Shown: positions 26,857 to 39,493 of the stretch, in pieces
Position numbering within the stretch: position 1 is the first letter of the stretch
Layout: every line of letters starts with the position of its first letter
DNA from: Vitrella brassicaformis CCMP3155
Taxonomy: Eukaryota; Protista; Chromerida
DNA length: 64,000 nucleotides
Assembly: GCA_001179505.1 (NCBI GenBank)
Contig: CDMY01000553.1
Span: 275,203 to 339,202 of the forward strand
Reading direction: 5' to 3'
Program-made: the position numbers and the translations under genes
The notes under the pieces: generated by a model
Told to the model about the DNA's origin: nothing
Database searches by the model: none
What the model saw: the letters and a program-made list of their open reading frames with translations, nothing else

Positions 26857-29520
26857 TCACTGGGCGGCCGTCTCTCCCTTGTGTTGGTATCTGTAATGCT
26901 TCGCCTCCATCGCCCGGCGATGTCCAATGGCGGCCTGCTTGGCACCCTCATAGCCCAACTCAGCGATTGAGAAGGGCTTGGTCTTCTCTTTGCCGCCCTC
27001 ATGCCAGCTGGCTGTCCATGCATTCTTCCCTTTGTTGTACCACACGCCCCTGACGCCGCTCGGGTGCTTCGATAGCTTCCTCACCGACGCACGGCCGGTG
27101 CGCTCCAGCTCACAACGATGCTGCTCCGCCAACGCCTGACAGATGAAAGCACACATATGAGACACTCAGCGGGAGAGGGGAAGAGGGGACGTTGTGCGCA
27201 CCTTGGCTCTGTCGAAGCCATGGTCCTTGACATAGAAGTACTTCTCCTTTTGCTTCGGGTCGCCCTTCTCGCACCATGTTGCCCTCCAGGCCTGGTTCCC
27301 CTCATGCCAGCGAACACCCGCCACGTCAGACTGATGCACTGCAGTTGGTACCACACATAATCAATCGCGTTGCGCTGCTGCGGTGGATTCGCCTCTTGGT
27401 CTCCTCACCGGATTTGGTGATGACGGTCTTCCCCTTGCTGCCGGCCTTGCTGTCGGTGTCGGCGGCCCACTGGGGGTTAGACATACAGATGGACGACCAC
27501 ACACCACCGGCAGACACCGACGCACCATCCCCCTTGGCCGCCTTGGGCCTCCGGCGTGGCTGGGGAGATGATGAGCGGCTGCCGTCATCATGGCTCTCAC
27601 TTCCACCCTGATCAGACTGGCGGGCCGCCCGGGCCACGCTGCTCCTCTGCCGGGTACGCTGATCCAGTGTCGCGTCGCCCTCTCGACTCATACGGGGGCG
27701 GGCCGGGAGATGAGGAGCGGCGGGCGGGGCAGGGCGGGGACAGAGAGGGGAGTCCAACGGTGGGTCGAGCCTGGGCCTCTTGCTGCGGTTGTTGCCCCCG
27801 TGCAGATGACTGTTGCGGTTGGGAGGGACACCAGGGACGCCGCCTTGCCCCTGCCCCTGCTGCGCTCGCTGCAGCCACGACAGATCGATGGGCATCGCCC
27901 GATCGCCCACACGCGACCGGTGGAGCGCATTGCGGTACTCGACAGCCTCACGGAAGGCCGTGAAGATGGCCGCGCGGGAGGCGCCGTAGCCGACGGGGAA
28001 CTGACGCAGATCGACGGTCGTCGATGCGTCGTTGTCCCAAAAATAAGCCTCATAACTGTAGTTGGTCCGCCACGAGATGCCGATACTGACACAGATACGA
28101 CAAACGCAGATGCACAGGTGTCGTCGGAGCGTCATGCACTTGGTCCTGCTCACCCTCCTCTGTCTGGCGCATGGAACTCGCCTGGCTGCTGGTCCCTCAT
28201 CCACCGCACCAGTGCGCGAGCCAGCGCATTGCCCGTCAGTTCTCCCGCCACTTGACGGTCGGCTGGGCCGCACAGCTTGGGAGGAGGACTGCGGGCAGCC
28301 GAGGCCACACGGCCGTTATGGCCGCCATGCCCATCAACAGAGCTGCTTGGCGTATGGCGCTCCTCTGGGTCGGTGCACTCTGAGTGAATGGACACACAGC
28401 CAGGCAACCGGAAGAGGGCATGGGAGAGGGTCTGTTGACGCAATGTTGCGTCTAAGTGCTGTCTGGCTCACCGTCATTGCGGTGCGCTGTCGTCGATGCC
28501 TCGGCGTGGGGGAGAGGAAGTGGCCAATCGCTCCTCTCCTCTCTGGGAGGCCGCCCCGCCCTCATGGCCTGGGCAGTCACTTGCCCATCAGACGGCACAT
28601 CCACACCTGTCGTCACACACACAGATGGATGGCAGTCAGTGAACGAACGAGTGAGACGCACCTGTTGGCAGCCACCGAATGGCTCTCGTCTGCTGGCCGG
28701 CCACTGTCACTGTGACGATCTCATACCGACCGCCACTCCCAGGATCGCTCGCACGCACACCCTCCAGCACAACGGCCAGCGCAGCCGCATCAGACGTCGC
28801 GTCAAGCCGAGCGATGTCACTGGCCGACTCGTCGGCTGGCTGCCCATTGCTGTCGGTCGGTTGGGTGTCATCGGGAGTGCTGCTGTGATCCATCGTGCCG
28901 TTGCGTCGCCGCTTGCTGGTGCGGATCGGTGGACGACTGTCATCATTCAGCTCGAATGACGGGGGCGGGGGGGAGGTGGCCGGCCAATAGTCGTAGTGCC
29001 TCTCCTCCATCGCACGGCGGTGGGGTATCGCAGCCTGCTTGGCGCCCTCATAGCCCAGGTCACGCACAGAGAACGGCTTAAACTTCCTCTTGCCGCTGTC
29101 GCGCCAGTGAGCGACCCATGCGTTGTTGCCCTTCTGATAGTAGACGCCCTTGACGCCGCTCTGGTGCTCCGATCGCTTCTTGAGCGCCGCCCGTCCGGTG
29201 CGCTCCATCTCACGACGATGCTGCTCGGCCAATGTCTGACAGATGGCGGGATGGGTGGACATGACAGAAGGAAGACAGAGAACAGTACGCACGCGTTGAA
29301 GTTTGGCATATGGGTGGTGGTGGGGTTGGGTGCGGCATGGTGGGACGGGATCCACCTTGGCCTTGTCGAAGCCGTGCTCCTTGACGTAGAACTTCCTATT
29401 TTTGTGACTCTTGTCGCCCTTATCGACCCATGACGCTATCCAGGCCTGGTCCGACTCACACCAACACACCCCCACCACCTCAGACATGTGCTCCGACTGG
29501 CGAATCACTCTCTTGCCCTC
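26857..29520 (-). CDS. ApiAP2 transcription factor with five AP2 domains (2+1+2)
   Basis: AP2 motifs: VVGVCWCESDQAWIASW..FYVKEHGFDKAK; SGVKGVYYQKGNNAWVAHW..FSVRDLGYEGAKQAAI; divergent GIGISWRTNYSYEAYFW..FPVGYGASRAAIFTAFREAVEYR; VAGVRWHEGNQAWRATW..; SGVRGVWYNKGKNAWTASW... Exon phases were checked through 28660-28100. Start is uncertain. Confidence 0.85.
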
Positions 29521-29970
29521 CTGCAGGGGAGGGGAACCATGACAACCCGACAGACAGACAGACATTAGACAGACGACAAAACCAAATGCGCCACTGTGCA
29601 AAGCTGTGTGTGCGCGTGTGTCGGTGTACCCGAGCTCGGTGTCGATGCTGCTGCTCTATCAGGATGCAGCGGATAGTGCGAGGATCAAGGCCGCCAATCG
29701 CTTGATCTCATCGTGGCAGACTGGCGCCTCGTGAGTCGCCCCTGCTGACGCGGCCAATGCAGTGATCTGACTCTTGCGGCATGGCTGGATCTGTGAGGAG
29801 GAAAATGCAAGAGCCAGCGCCCAAAAGTGGCCAAAAGTGCGATCTCCTGTCTTAGCTTGCAGTGGGAAGGGCCGGATATCGCTCGGCGCTTGCAGAGCAG
29901 TGCGCCAGCAGGCTGTGTGATCAAGATCTTTCGTTCACTCAGCCATTGAATCATCCCTGTGAGCGTCGTG

Positions 29971-31950
29971 ATGCTTGAGTTGATTGGCGGGTGCGACACC
30001 ATCGATGGCGACTTCGATGCGTCAATCGAGCGACTTACGAGGGCCAAGAGGGCGCTGACGGATGAGATCTCGCGGCTCGTTGCTTCGCGAGGCGGCGTGT
30101 CGCACCCCGCTGAGACCACTGGCGAGATGCTCGTCAATGCAGGTGAGCGGGGAAGGAAAGGACACCGGGCATGCCGGTCATCTGACTGTCTGTGTTGGTC
30201 CGTCGTGTGTGTGTCGGACGATCAGGTGGCGTGGTGTTTCCCGTTTCCCGCCGTGCGCTTCTTCTCCCCTGCATGAAGCGTCGCTACATCTCTATCCTGC
30301 TGATGCTCTTCGCTGACGGCCTCCCGCGAGATGCCGACGGCCATGTCTATCTGGAGACCTCACCTGCATACTTTGAGGCTTTGCTGGACGAGCTGACACT
30401 CTACGAGACCGGCCGCACCAACACCGTCGACCTGCCGCCCTCCAAGGCGGCTGACCCGGCTTACAGCGAGTACCACTCCCTCTTCATGCGCGAGCTGCCA
30501 TCCTTCGCACCTCCGACACACAGCAGCCGCGGTGCCGCCATGACCAAGGCGGTTGATGCCGCATGTGACGAGAAGGCCCTTGGGAACGTCATCCAGACGT
30601 CGCTGAGCGACCTGGAAAAGGTCATGAAGAGGCTCACGCGGCGCAGGGAGGAAGTGGTCCGATTCCTCTCGGCCATGGAGCCCTTCATGAAGGGCCAAGA
30701 AGACACCGGAGACGACCTGGCGGTGCTAAGCCTGGACGTCCTCGGCCGGCAGGTCGTCATCCAGAGGCGCACGCTGCTGCGACTGGGAGCCGACCATCCC
30801 CTGCTGACGCGATTCTCAAAGTGGGCACACGCACAAAGGGCAGACGGGGCAGCACAGCAGGTCACATTGGGTGCCTTCGGCTGTCGATGTGTGTTTGCGC
30901 AGTGCTCCGCCCTGCTGGGGCGATCGCCGTGTGCGTCAGACCCCCACCAAGCACTTCGTCAACACAGTCGAGTTCGCTCGTCGCATCGCCATGCTAAAGG
31001 GACAGCTCATCCGGCCCCCGCTGATGGACGAGAGCGAGCGTGAGCTGTTCAGAGAGGATTTGACAACGTATGGTCTCACTTACTCGCCAATCCTGGACCT
31101 ACCTTCCGGCCAGGAGTGGGTCATGCAGTCGCCAGAGGAGTGGGTAGCCGTCCTCGACCTAATGGACAGGCCCACATGCAGACCATCGCTGCTCTTCAAG
31201 TGGGCTCGGCACTCACGAACGCACCATAATGTTGAACGGGAGCGGCTTCCGCTGGTCTGTCAGGTCTGGGCGTGACGGTGGTGACTTCGGCACGCTGCTC
31301 GACAAGGTGGGCGACGCGAGCGGTCTCCTGTTTCTCATCAACCGCAACGACACACACCGATTCGGCGCTTTTATCGACGGCCGACTTAAGCCACCCACCG
31401 ACCCCACACAGACCAACTACTATTCGGCGCCCCTCTTCTTCATCTCGATCAGCGGCGCCTATGCCCAGGTGACCAAAGTGCCCATCCCGGAGGCCAAACA
31501 GAAGGTGAGGGTGGCCGGTCGCGACGCCTCCATCAAGGCCGGCAATAAGGATTACCGCGGCAAGGTGGGTTCATGGGGGACTAACGAGAACAGCACAGTC
31601 ATCTATGGGTCAATTCGCATGTCTGTGTGCAGATGACCATTGGCTACGGGTATCTGTGGTTTGGGTGGGCCAGCCCCGGCCCGTCAGACGACGTGCGCAG
31701 CCTGGGGCATTCCGTCAAGACGGAGGACTTGCCCGACAACGGCTACCTCGGCCAATTCAACGACCACAACAACGAAGGCACACTGGCGGGAGACTGGTAC
31801 TTCACGTCAAAGGAGATGGAGATATGGCACATCGAGACCGCCAGGGGTGGTTGGTTTAAAGCGGCAGCACCGCACAGTGCGGTCGGGTTCGGGTCGAGGA
31901 AGCCGAAGGGCTTCATGAGGTGGCTGTGGCGGCGTGGAGGTGATAAGTAG
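29971..31950 (+). CDS. BTB/POZ-like plus TLDc domain protein, paralog 2
   Basis: Same architecture and intron positions as 11183-13004: LPRDADGHVYLETSPAYF, LLFK|SGRDGGDFGTLLDKVGDASGLLFLINRNDTHRFGAF, GTLAGDWYFTSKEMEIW. Confidence 0.85.
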
Positions 31951-33192
31951 ATGGCCGATAGCCTTGCGTGGATGCGTGGTGCGTGGCAGTCCTCCTGGTG
32001 AAAAGGCGGACGTATATGTATACCTTATGTGTGAGTGTGTTGTTCGTGCGAGTCGACCGTGGCATTAGTCGTTTTTGGCTCTCTGACCCTCCCGAGGCCT
32101 CTATAAGTACTCTCTGGTGGCTTTGAATGGCGTGAATGAGGCAAGGGTCAGAAAGCGGGCCCATGGCCGTCTGCCTGTCTGCCTGTCTGCCTGTCTGCCT
32201 GTCTGCCTGTCTGCCTGTCTGTCTGTCTGGCTGGCTGTGTGTCTGTCTGGCTGTGCGTCTGCGCGGTAGACAACAAGTGCCACCGACCAGTGGTTTCCGC
32301 CGTCTGTGTTTCTGTGAAAGTGTGTCTTCCTTCGCCTCACCTGCCGTGTGCACAGTGAATAGCTAGATCGATCGACGCAACGCGCCCCCTCGTACGGTCA
32401 TGCACGTGGCTCCATCCATCCATCCGATGATCCGCCGTGCTTGTGTGTGACTGTCTGTGGTGAGATATCATGTATCGTGACTGACAGACACAGACAGACA
32501 GACAGACAGACCGGTCGGCATGGGAGGCGCTTAGATGCTGTAACAGTGACCGGTCTGTCTATCTCACTGTGTGTCTCTTGAGACAGACAGACCTGCTGAT
32601 CGGCTGATTGGCTGGTGGGCTGGTGGATACGATACATGGGGCTGGCTGTCTCGCCACGCAACGGCAGCAGAGATCAAGAATCGATACCACAAATGCTCGC
32701 TCAGCCTGGCGGTGACACACTCCGACAGTAACGAGACAGGGGTACGGCATGTGTGTCTCTGGCGCATCTGAGCTGATAAGAAAAAAGACCATCAGCTGAG
32801 CTGATGGATGCTAAATCGATGGCGGTACGAGCAGCGAGCAGCCATGAGCTCGGTGGTCAAGCTGCAGTGTCCATATGCGCTCACCTGCATCCACCAAAAC
32901 ACCATCCCGAAGCCCTACAATTTCTGCGCAAGATGTGCCTGTCTTGTCTCTCCCCAAAGGAGCTGCCATGCGGTCTTCGAGGCGTGTATGCCCAGGAGAC
33001 GTTAAGGACATACACACACTCACTATGCACCCACAAAGCACCACCGAAAACCAAATATCTGACCAATTGGGCTGCGCTATGTTCTGCTTGGGGCATTTTG
33101 GGTCTCGTGGAGGGATCAGAGAGCCTTTTGAGGAGAAGATTTGAATAGGAAAGAAGTCAGAGTACATCACTCAATCACTCATCATACCCCCC

Positions 33193-36100
33193 TCAACACT
33201 GGAATGCCTGTGGTTCCATCACTCGAGCGGCAGCTTCCGGTCCCTGATGCTCAATATCTGCACACACACACGCGGGATGGAGGAGATGACTCGTGTGGGG
33301 TCTGATGGTATGTGTCTCATGCAGGCGTGTGGGCGTGGCGTACACACCAGTTTCTTGTGGACGATGGAGATGAGGTTCTCCTGGTCGGTCTTGCGGTCGC
33401 CCGTCAGGGGGGGGGCGAAGGCCGCCACCGGTGAGCGTCGATGTCGCCAAAACTCCTGAGTGAACGGACAGACAACAGCACACGGCACACCAGAAAGGGT
33501 TGTCGGTTCTGTCTTACGAGTTGCAGATGATTGCGAGTCCGTGGAGCAGCATGAACACGGCGCAGTCACACCAGTTGGTCTGCTGCGGCAAATTGGCCTG
33601 AATCATTGGCACACACACAGACGGGGGCCGCACACACACACACACACACACACAGATGGGGCCGCCCGTGTGTCCGTGTGTGTGTGTGTGACAGGGCCCA
33701 CCTCGTTCTGTTTGGACTGCCTGCAATGTCGGGACCCTCTTCCCTCTTTCCGCCGTATCGCTCACGTAAGTATCTTTTGATTCATGGTGCATGACGGGGT
33801 GCGCAGGGGGCAATCGTGGACATCGTTGACTTACGTACATGGAGAAAGTGTATCGTTCAATTATACACACCCACGCACAGTGGCCGGTGCAGTAAAAGCC
33901 GAACCAACACAGATATAAAGTGTAGGCAGCGATTGTATGAATCGCGGCCTCTTCTTTCAGCCACTTCTCGGCCAGGGCGAATGTGATGTTGACGAGCTCG
34001 TCGTTGAGCCAATCCTCATCCGCCAGACAGACTATGTCGTACCTGCACACAACAGCCAATTCGAAACTAACACGTCACCTTCGCGCCCTCTGGCGTGTGT
34101 ATGGCGTGATGTGACGCACCCGAGCACAGGTATGCCGTTGAAATGAGCCACTTTGAGGTCCTCGCCCTTCTCGTGTCCTTCCTCCACCAGCTGCAGTGCC
34201 GCAGCCGTCTCCTCGTCACTCACATTCAGATGCCAGGGCATCTGCAGCAGACAGACATCCATACGGACTGAGGGGTTGGTGTGCGTGTATTGTTGTTGTG
34301 TTTGATACAGATGACGCACCTTCGTTTTCTCGCCGCCCTCATCGCCAACTCGTCGATCTCCATCCTCTCATAAACACCACCGCCCCCGTCCGAGGAATCC
34401 TCCTCTGCGGCGGCCAGGGGGCACCGCGCCAGGTCCTCTGCGGTCTTGACGATCTCGCCCTGCCGCCCCTTGTTCCATGGGTCCCACAGCACCTCCTCCC
34501 CGAGGCCACCGAAGACGGGCGGCGTCTCGTCCTTCTCATGAGTCTTCGGGCGGCGGACGGCGGCGCGCTTGGCCTTTAAGTGGGGCTGGTGGTCGCTGCC
34601 TGTGGGGCTGGGCGGTGGGAGGGGGCTGCGAGTGCGCTTCTTGCGGTTCTGTCGCAGCACCATGCCGTGGGTATTGTGGCCGCTGGCGAAGGGGTCGGGC
34701 TCCTGCGGTGGGTTGGGGGGCGAGGAAAGCCGATAGCGGTCGTGCTGGGAGACGGTGGGCGACGGCAGGAGGGGTGAGGGTACCGGGCTGCATGAAGGTG
34801 GGGAGACATAGAGAACAAGTTGACGTCTGATGGATCGATGGATGGTGCTGCCCCTTTGATCCCTTTGCCCACCTGTGGTCGATGGTCATCTTGGCGGGGG
34901 GCGATGCGGTGGCGATGGCTGTGTGGATGGGGTGCGTCGACAGCGCCTTGCGCGAGCGGCGCAGTTCCGCCGCCAACGATTTTTTCACAGACCTGACAGA
35001 CAGACAGACAGGAAGGAGACACATACATGTCGTCGTGCGTCGGTGTGACTTCCGTCCTCGGCTGCCATGACTGCCTGTCTGTGAGCGTACCCTTGAGCGG
35101 TGCGACTGTACTTGTTGTGCTCCTCTGGCACCTGTCTCTTGTCCTCCTTTGGCGGCGTGCTGTTGTCCCCCTGGCTGTCGTCCGCTGGGAAGGACGGCGT
35201 CTTGGATATCGTCTTGGATGCCAGTAGGGGCGAGGGGTCGGTGCCATGCGTCTCGGCCAACGACAGTGTGTCCGGCCGGCGGCTGATGGGAGGGCGACTG
35301 ACAAACACACAGAGACAGACAGACAGACAGAGAGAGAGAGGGGGAGGGAGAGGGGATGAGCAGTGGTGTCTGCTGGCTGCAGGTGCACACACATACCTGT
35401 CGAGCGGGGGTGTAGGGGCTGACACCTGGACCTTCATCTTACGCAATTGGTCCGCCAAACGATCCCTGAATCAACACACATGTATTCACCGATAGCCGGC
35501 GATGCAGGTGGTGGGTGAGTCTTCCCTTCGGTGCCTACTTGGTGCTAGGCCCATTGTGCGGGGTATCCCTGTTGCTGTGGCCGTGCGCAGGGATGCCCGC
35601 AGGCAGGCGGTCCTTCTTCAACTCAAACGGCGAGACACTGAACAAGGACCAAGGCATTTGCCCATCCTCGTGTATCTGCCTCTTTGTGTCTGTGTGTCTG
35701 TCTGACCTCGTGGCCTTCGCCTCAGTGTCTTCCGACAATGTGCCCTCGACGAGGCCGCTGACCATCCCTGGCCCCATGTCACACACGTGCATGCCCTCAC
35801 CCTCACCGAACCCCGTCTGCTGCCCATAACCTCCCAGCCCCATCTCGTCGACACACGGCGTTCCTCTCCCCCCTCTCCTTGCGCACGCGGGGCGCCTTGC
35901 CCTTGCCCTGCGGCTGTGCCTTGGACCACTTGCCGCCGGTCCGTCTGCCGGCGCGCGGTTCGTACATCTTTGCCATCAGCACACCTACGTGAACGGGGCA
36001 GCCCCGGCCATGAGGGTTAGGCCGCCGACTCTCAACAATTATGTCAGCCACCTCCGCACAATGACCGGCTTGCCGCCCTTGGTGCGGGACCCGCCCTTGG

Positions 36101-36621
36101 TGCGGGGCCACATGGCCACCGAGATGTCCCGGAGCACCGTCACAGCATAATATCTGCCGCCTGCACTGCTCGTCGGCGAGAGACGCATCACCTTGAGGGT
36201 GTGCTTCGCCTTGGTGCCAGACTTGATGTGGGCAGCCAGCTGCGAGTTGAGGGTGCTCTTGACGAGGTTCTCCACCTCGAGAGCGACTAATATCGTCGAA
36301 CGGACCACCATCAGATCTCCACAAAGCTGACTATTGCACCTGCACCACAGACACAGAGATGACACAGCCAAAGCTTTGGGGCCCATTGAAATGCGCATCT
36401 ATCTGATCTCACAGATGGCCATGCATGCGTCAGAACAGCCCAACAGAGCCTCACGACACGTCACACCATTGCAGTGCACCGCTGAATGCACGCCATATGT
36501 GATCTCACCGTTCAATGAAGGCCTCGAGTTCCTTCATCTTGCTATGGTTCACAGTTTCCGCCTGCTGGGCCATCGTCGTGGGCGACAGCCCTGCCCCTGA
36601 GAGGGCCGAAGACGACGCCAT
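33193..36621 (-). CDS. Multi-exon gene with long low-complexity N-terminus and degenerate Ulp1/SENP (C48 peptidase)-like C-terminus
   Basis: DEDWLNDELVN (~34010), GHCAWVCII..YTFSMY (~33870) and PQQTNWCDCAVFML (~33580). The exon chain appears to link upstream to MASSSALSG..ELEAFIER|CNSQLCG and GPSTK|DRLADQLRKMK. Some internal junctions and the 3' end are unresolved. Confidence 0.5.
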
Positions 36622-37072
36622 GATGACGCCCGCGAGTGCCGTGGTGCGGATAGAGAGTGAGACAACGGAGAAGAAGGGTTTTGTTGCTGGTCCGCACTGC
36701 TGATAGAACCAAATGGACACTTATAGGTCACAGAGGCTCTCCAGGGGCCTGGAAAGCAATTTCGATAGTGGCGGCTGGGATCAGGCTTGCAGATCCCCGC
36801 CAGACGGCCAGGAGCGCCCTTTTGGTTGTGCCCTGATGATGGCACCGCCTTTAGTGCAGATGACAGCCCAGTCATTTCCATCACGTCCATCCCCTCACAC
36901 ACCCAGCTGCCACTCTCCCTCTATATCGACAACATATCTACCTACCAGCCCATCTGGTCAAATGGGGAGCTTGAACCCAACCCACACACCGAAGCTGTCC
37001 CCTCCCCTCGGCCATCTGCATCTCTCGGCACCTGTCCACAGTGCCCTGGTGGCCGCTCTCGGACAGACCTTG
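36320..37072 (-). repeat. Dispersed repeat unit, copy 1 (5' end and upstream region of the Ulp1-like gene)
   Basis: 36320-36490 is essentially identical to 61203-61373, and 36773-37072 is essentially identical to 60026-60323. The intervening part is diverged but alignable with 61373-61645. Confidence 0.9.
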
Positions 37073-37433
37073 NNNNNNNNNNNNNNNNNNNNNNNNNNNN
37101 NNNNNNNNNNNNNNNNNNNNNNNNNNNNNNNNNNNNNNNNNNNNNNNNNNNNNNNNNNNNNNNNNNNNNNNNNNNNNNNNNNNNNNNNNNNNNNNNNNNN
37201 NNNNNNNNNNNNNNNNNNNNNNNNNNNNNNNNNNNNNNNNNNNNNNNNNNNNNNNNNNNNNNNNNNNNNNNNNNNNNNNNNNNNNNNNNNNNNNNNNNNN
37301 NNNNNNNNNNNNNNNNNNNNNNNNNNNNNNNNNNNNNNNNNNNNNNNNNNNNNNNNNNNNNNNNNNNNNNNNGACGAAGATCTGGGCAGATCTTTGGCTC
37401 AGCAGCGACAGCCAGAACGACTTGCTGCGCCCA

Positions 37434-37603
37434 TGTCGGTAGATGAGAGTGGCTGTGGAGGATCGCTGTCGTTGCCCGTTAAGGCAACAGATGAGCCAGA
37501 GGGACGGTTCACGAGAAGGAGGGACAGTTCGGAGTGCTCAGGGTTCTCAGCATGCAGTTGCATTACACGGCGGGATCTACCCCAACACACGCAGCCTCTG
37601 ACA
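37434..37603 (-). mobile_element. Solo LTR of the Ty1/copia family found at the window end
   Basis: 170 bp, TGTCGG...CTGACA with a TGTC/GACA terminal inverted repeat. It differs from 63480-63648 by one indel and one substitution, and homology stops exactly at the termini. Confidence 0.85.
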
Positions 37604-37749
37604 CCATCAGGTAAGTCTCATCAGACAGATCTGCAGTCAGGAAGTCTTATCATTGCGGTCTTGCCTATCATCTGTCGGTTCGTTTGGCTTTGCCGCATGA
37701 CGTTTGCTGTGTGTCACCTGCAGATGACACACAGCAACAAAGGCCGCCC

Positions 37750-39493
37750 ATGAGTGCAATGGCCCGCATTCCTCGAGTTGTGTCGAAGCGGCTCCCCAGC
37801 CGGCGATGGACGAAGGAGAAATGGAGCCGGTTCGAGAAGGAGTCCAAGCCGGTGACAATCGAGGGCAGTGCAGCGACAGGGAGGAGGCGGCTGGTGAATG
37901 TTGGTGTAGACATGGTGATACGACGGATCTACGGGGGAATGCAATGGATCAGAAAGGACGGGTACGCTGCGCTACAAGTGCCATGCGCCGGGCGGCGGAT
38001 CTTTGCATGTGTCTTCGTGTGTGCTGTGCGTGCGTGGCAGGCCGTTGCTGATTCACTATGCGGCAGTATATCGTGACCACCATGACCAACTGCGTGTGCT
38101 CAGCATCAACCAACACACGCCTAAGTCAGAGATGGACTGGTGGGCGCCACACCGCACAGCACAGCACGGTACACGGGGATTCATCCAACATCATGATGCG
38201 CTGTGAATGAGTGTCTGGTGTGTGCGTGTGTCTTTCTTGTCTTGTCAGGGTGCACCTGCACTTCCTCCGTGCCTGTTGTGACGGCATCCTCACGACGGGC
38301 CAGATTCTCAGATCCGAGCCGTCACTCACATTCGAGCACAAGCAGACCACATACTTCCGGCGGCAGCTTATGGCCGACAGGGAAGACATCGTGGACAAGA
38401 CACACGACGGTCCGCTGCAGGTGTACGTCTTGACATCTGGTGACCACCTGCTGCGGGATGGGCAGGCCGGCAGGAGTAAGGGGCGGCCGATGCTCGAACA
38501 CAAGACAATCAAGGTGGGTGGGCTGAGTACGAGATCTCACGTATCCTCTGTGTGCGCATGTTTTTTGTCGCTCTGGCTGTGTCTGTGTGTGTGCACTCAG
38601 CATCGCTCGTCATCGTGTCAGGTGAATCTGCTGGTGCCGCCAGACAGCCTGCCGGCCGTGCGCAAGGCGCTCGATGGCCGGCCCTGGGTGCAAGTGCTTC
38701 CGATCTCATCACCGCCGAGCAGGAGGGCAGCATCGGCATATGCACGTCAGGCCGACAACAGCGGAGAGACTGACACCATACCTGACATACGTAAGTCAGC
38801 TGCATGTTCTATGAGGACCATCCATCGCTTGATGTGCTCCACATGTCTGTCCATTCAGGCCATCTCCCCTCCCTCAGCAGCCATGCAGCCATCCACTCGG
38901 CCATTTCCCACCTGCAGCACATCAAGAGCACCAGAGCCCCAGCCAACCGACGTCAGCCGGCAGCGGCACAAGACGCCACACCAGCCGACAGGGCAGAGGG
39001 CCCCTCAGTGCGTCTGGGCATCGAGGCGGGTGCGTCGATCAGCCGGTCGCTTCTGCTTCGCAAGGAGGTGGACGTCATCTTCCTGACGGTGTATGCGGGG
39101 CAGGTGCCGCAGAACTGCCAGGTGAGGTGCGCTTGAGTGGCGGGCCAAACGCACCAACGGGGGCGTGGGTGCGGTGCGGATGGCTGTCATCCCCATGGCT
39201 TGTGGCTGCTATGTGGTGTGCAGGGCAATGTGCTTCTTTCTGCGGATGAGCTACGGGCGCGGTACACGTGCTGGCGGGCAGCCACTGAGGTCAGAGAGAG
39301 AAGAGGATACACACATGTCTTTTGTCGGCAAAGTGCCAAGATGGGTGTGTCTGTTTCAGGGTCACTGGACAGTGCTGTGCTTCCGACCAAGGCAATGAAG
39401 TATAGGGGAGAGTGCCATGGCGTGTGCAGATACTCATTTGAACGTCTCGTGTGTATGTTGACTGACATTGCTGATATCGATACGATACGCTGA
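37750..39493 (+). CDS. Divergent RibD C-terminal-type (pyrimidine reductase / DHFR-fold) protein
   Basis: VHLHFLRACCDGILTTGQILRSEPSL resembles RibD H.LRA..DAI.VG..TV..D.P.L. LGIEAGASISRSLLLRKEVDVIFLTVYAG resembles VLVEGG..L...FL...LVDEL. Arg-rich N-terminus. SLDG motif not seen. Confidence 0.6.

Noticed and set aside
32160-32240. (CTGCCTGT)n and similar (ACTC/ACTG)n arrays, e.g. 24430-24465
   Set aside because: Simple tandem microsatellites. There are no unique spacers, so not CRISPR, and they are not telomeric.
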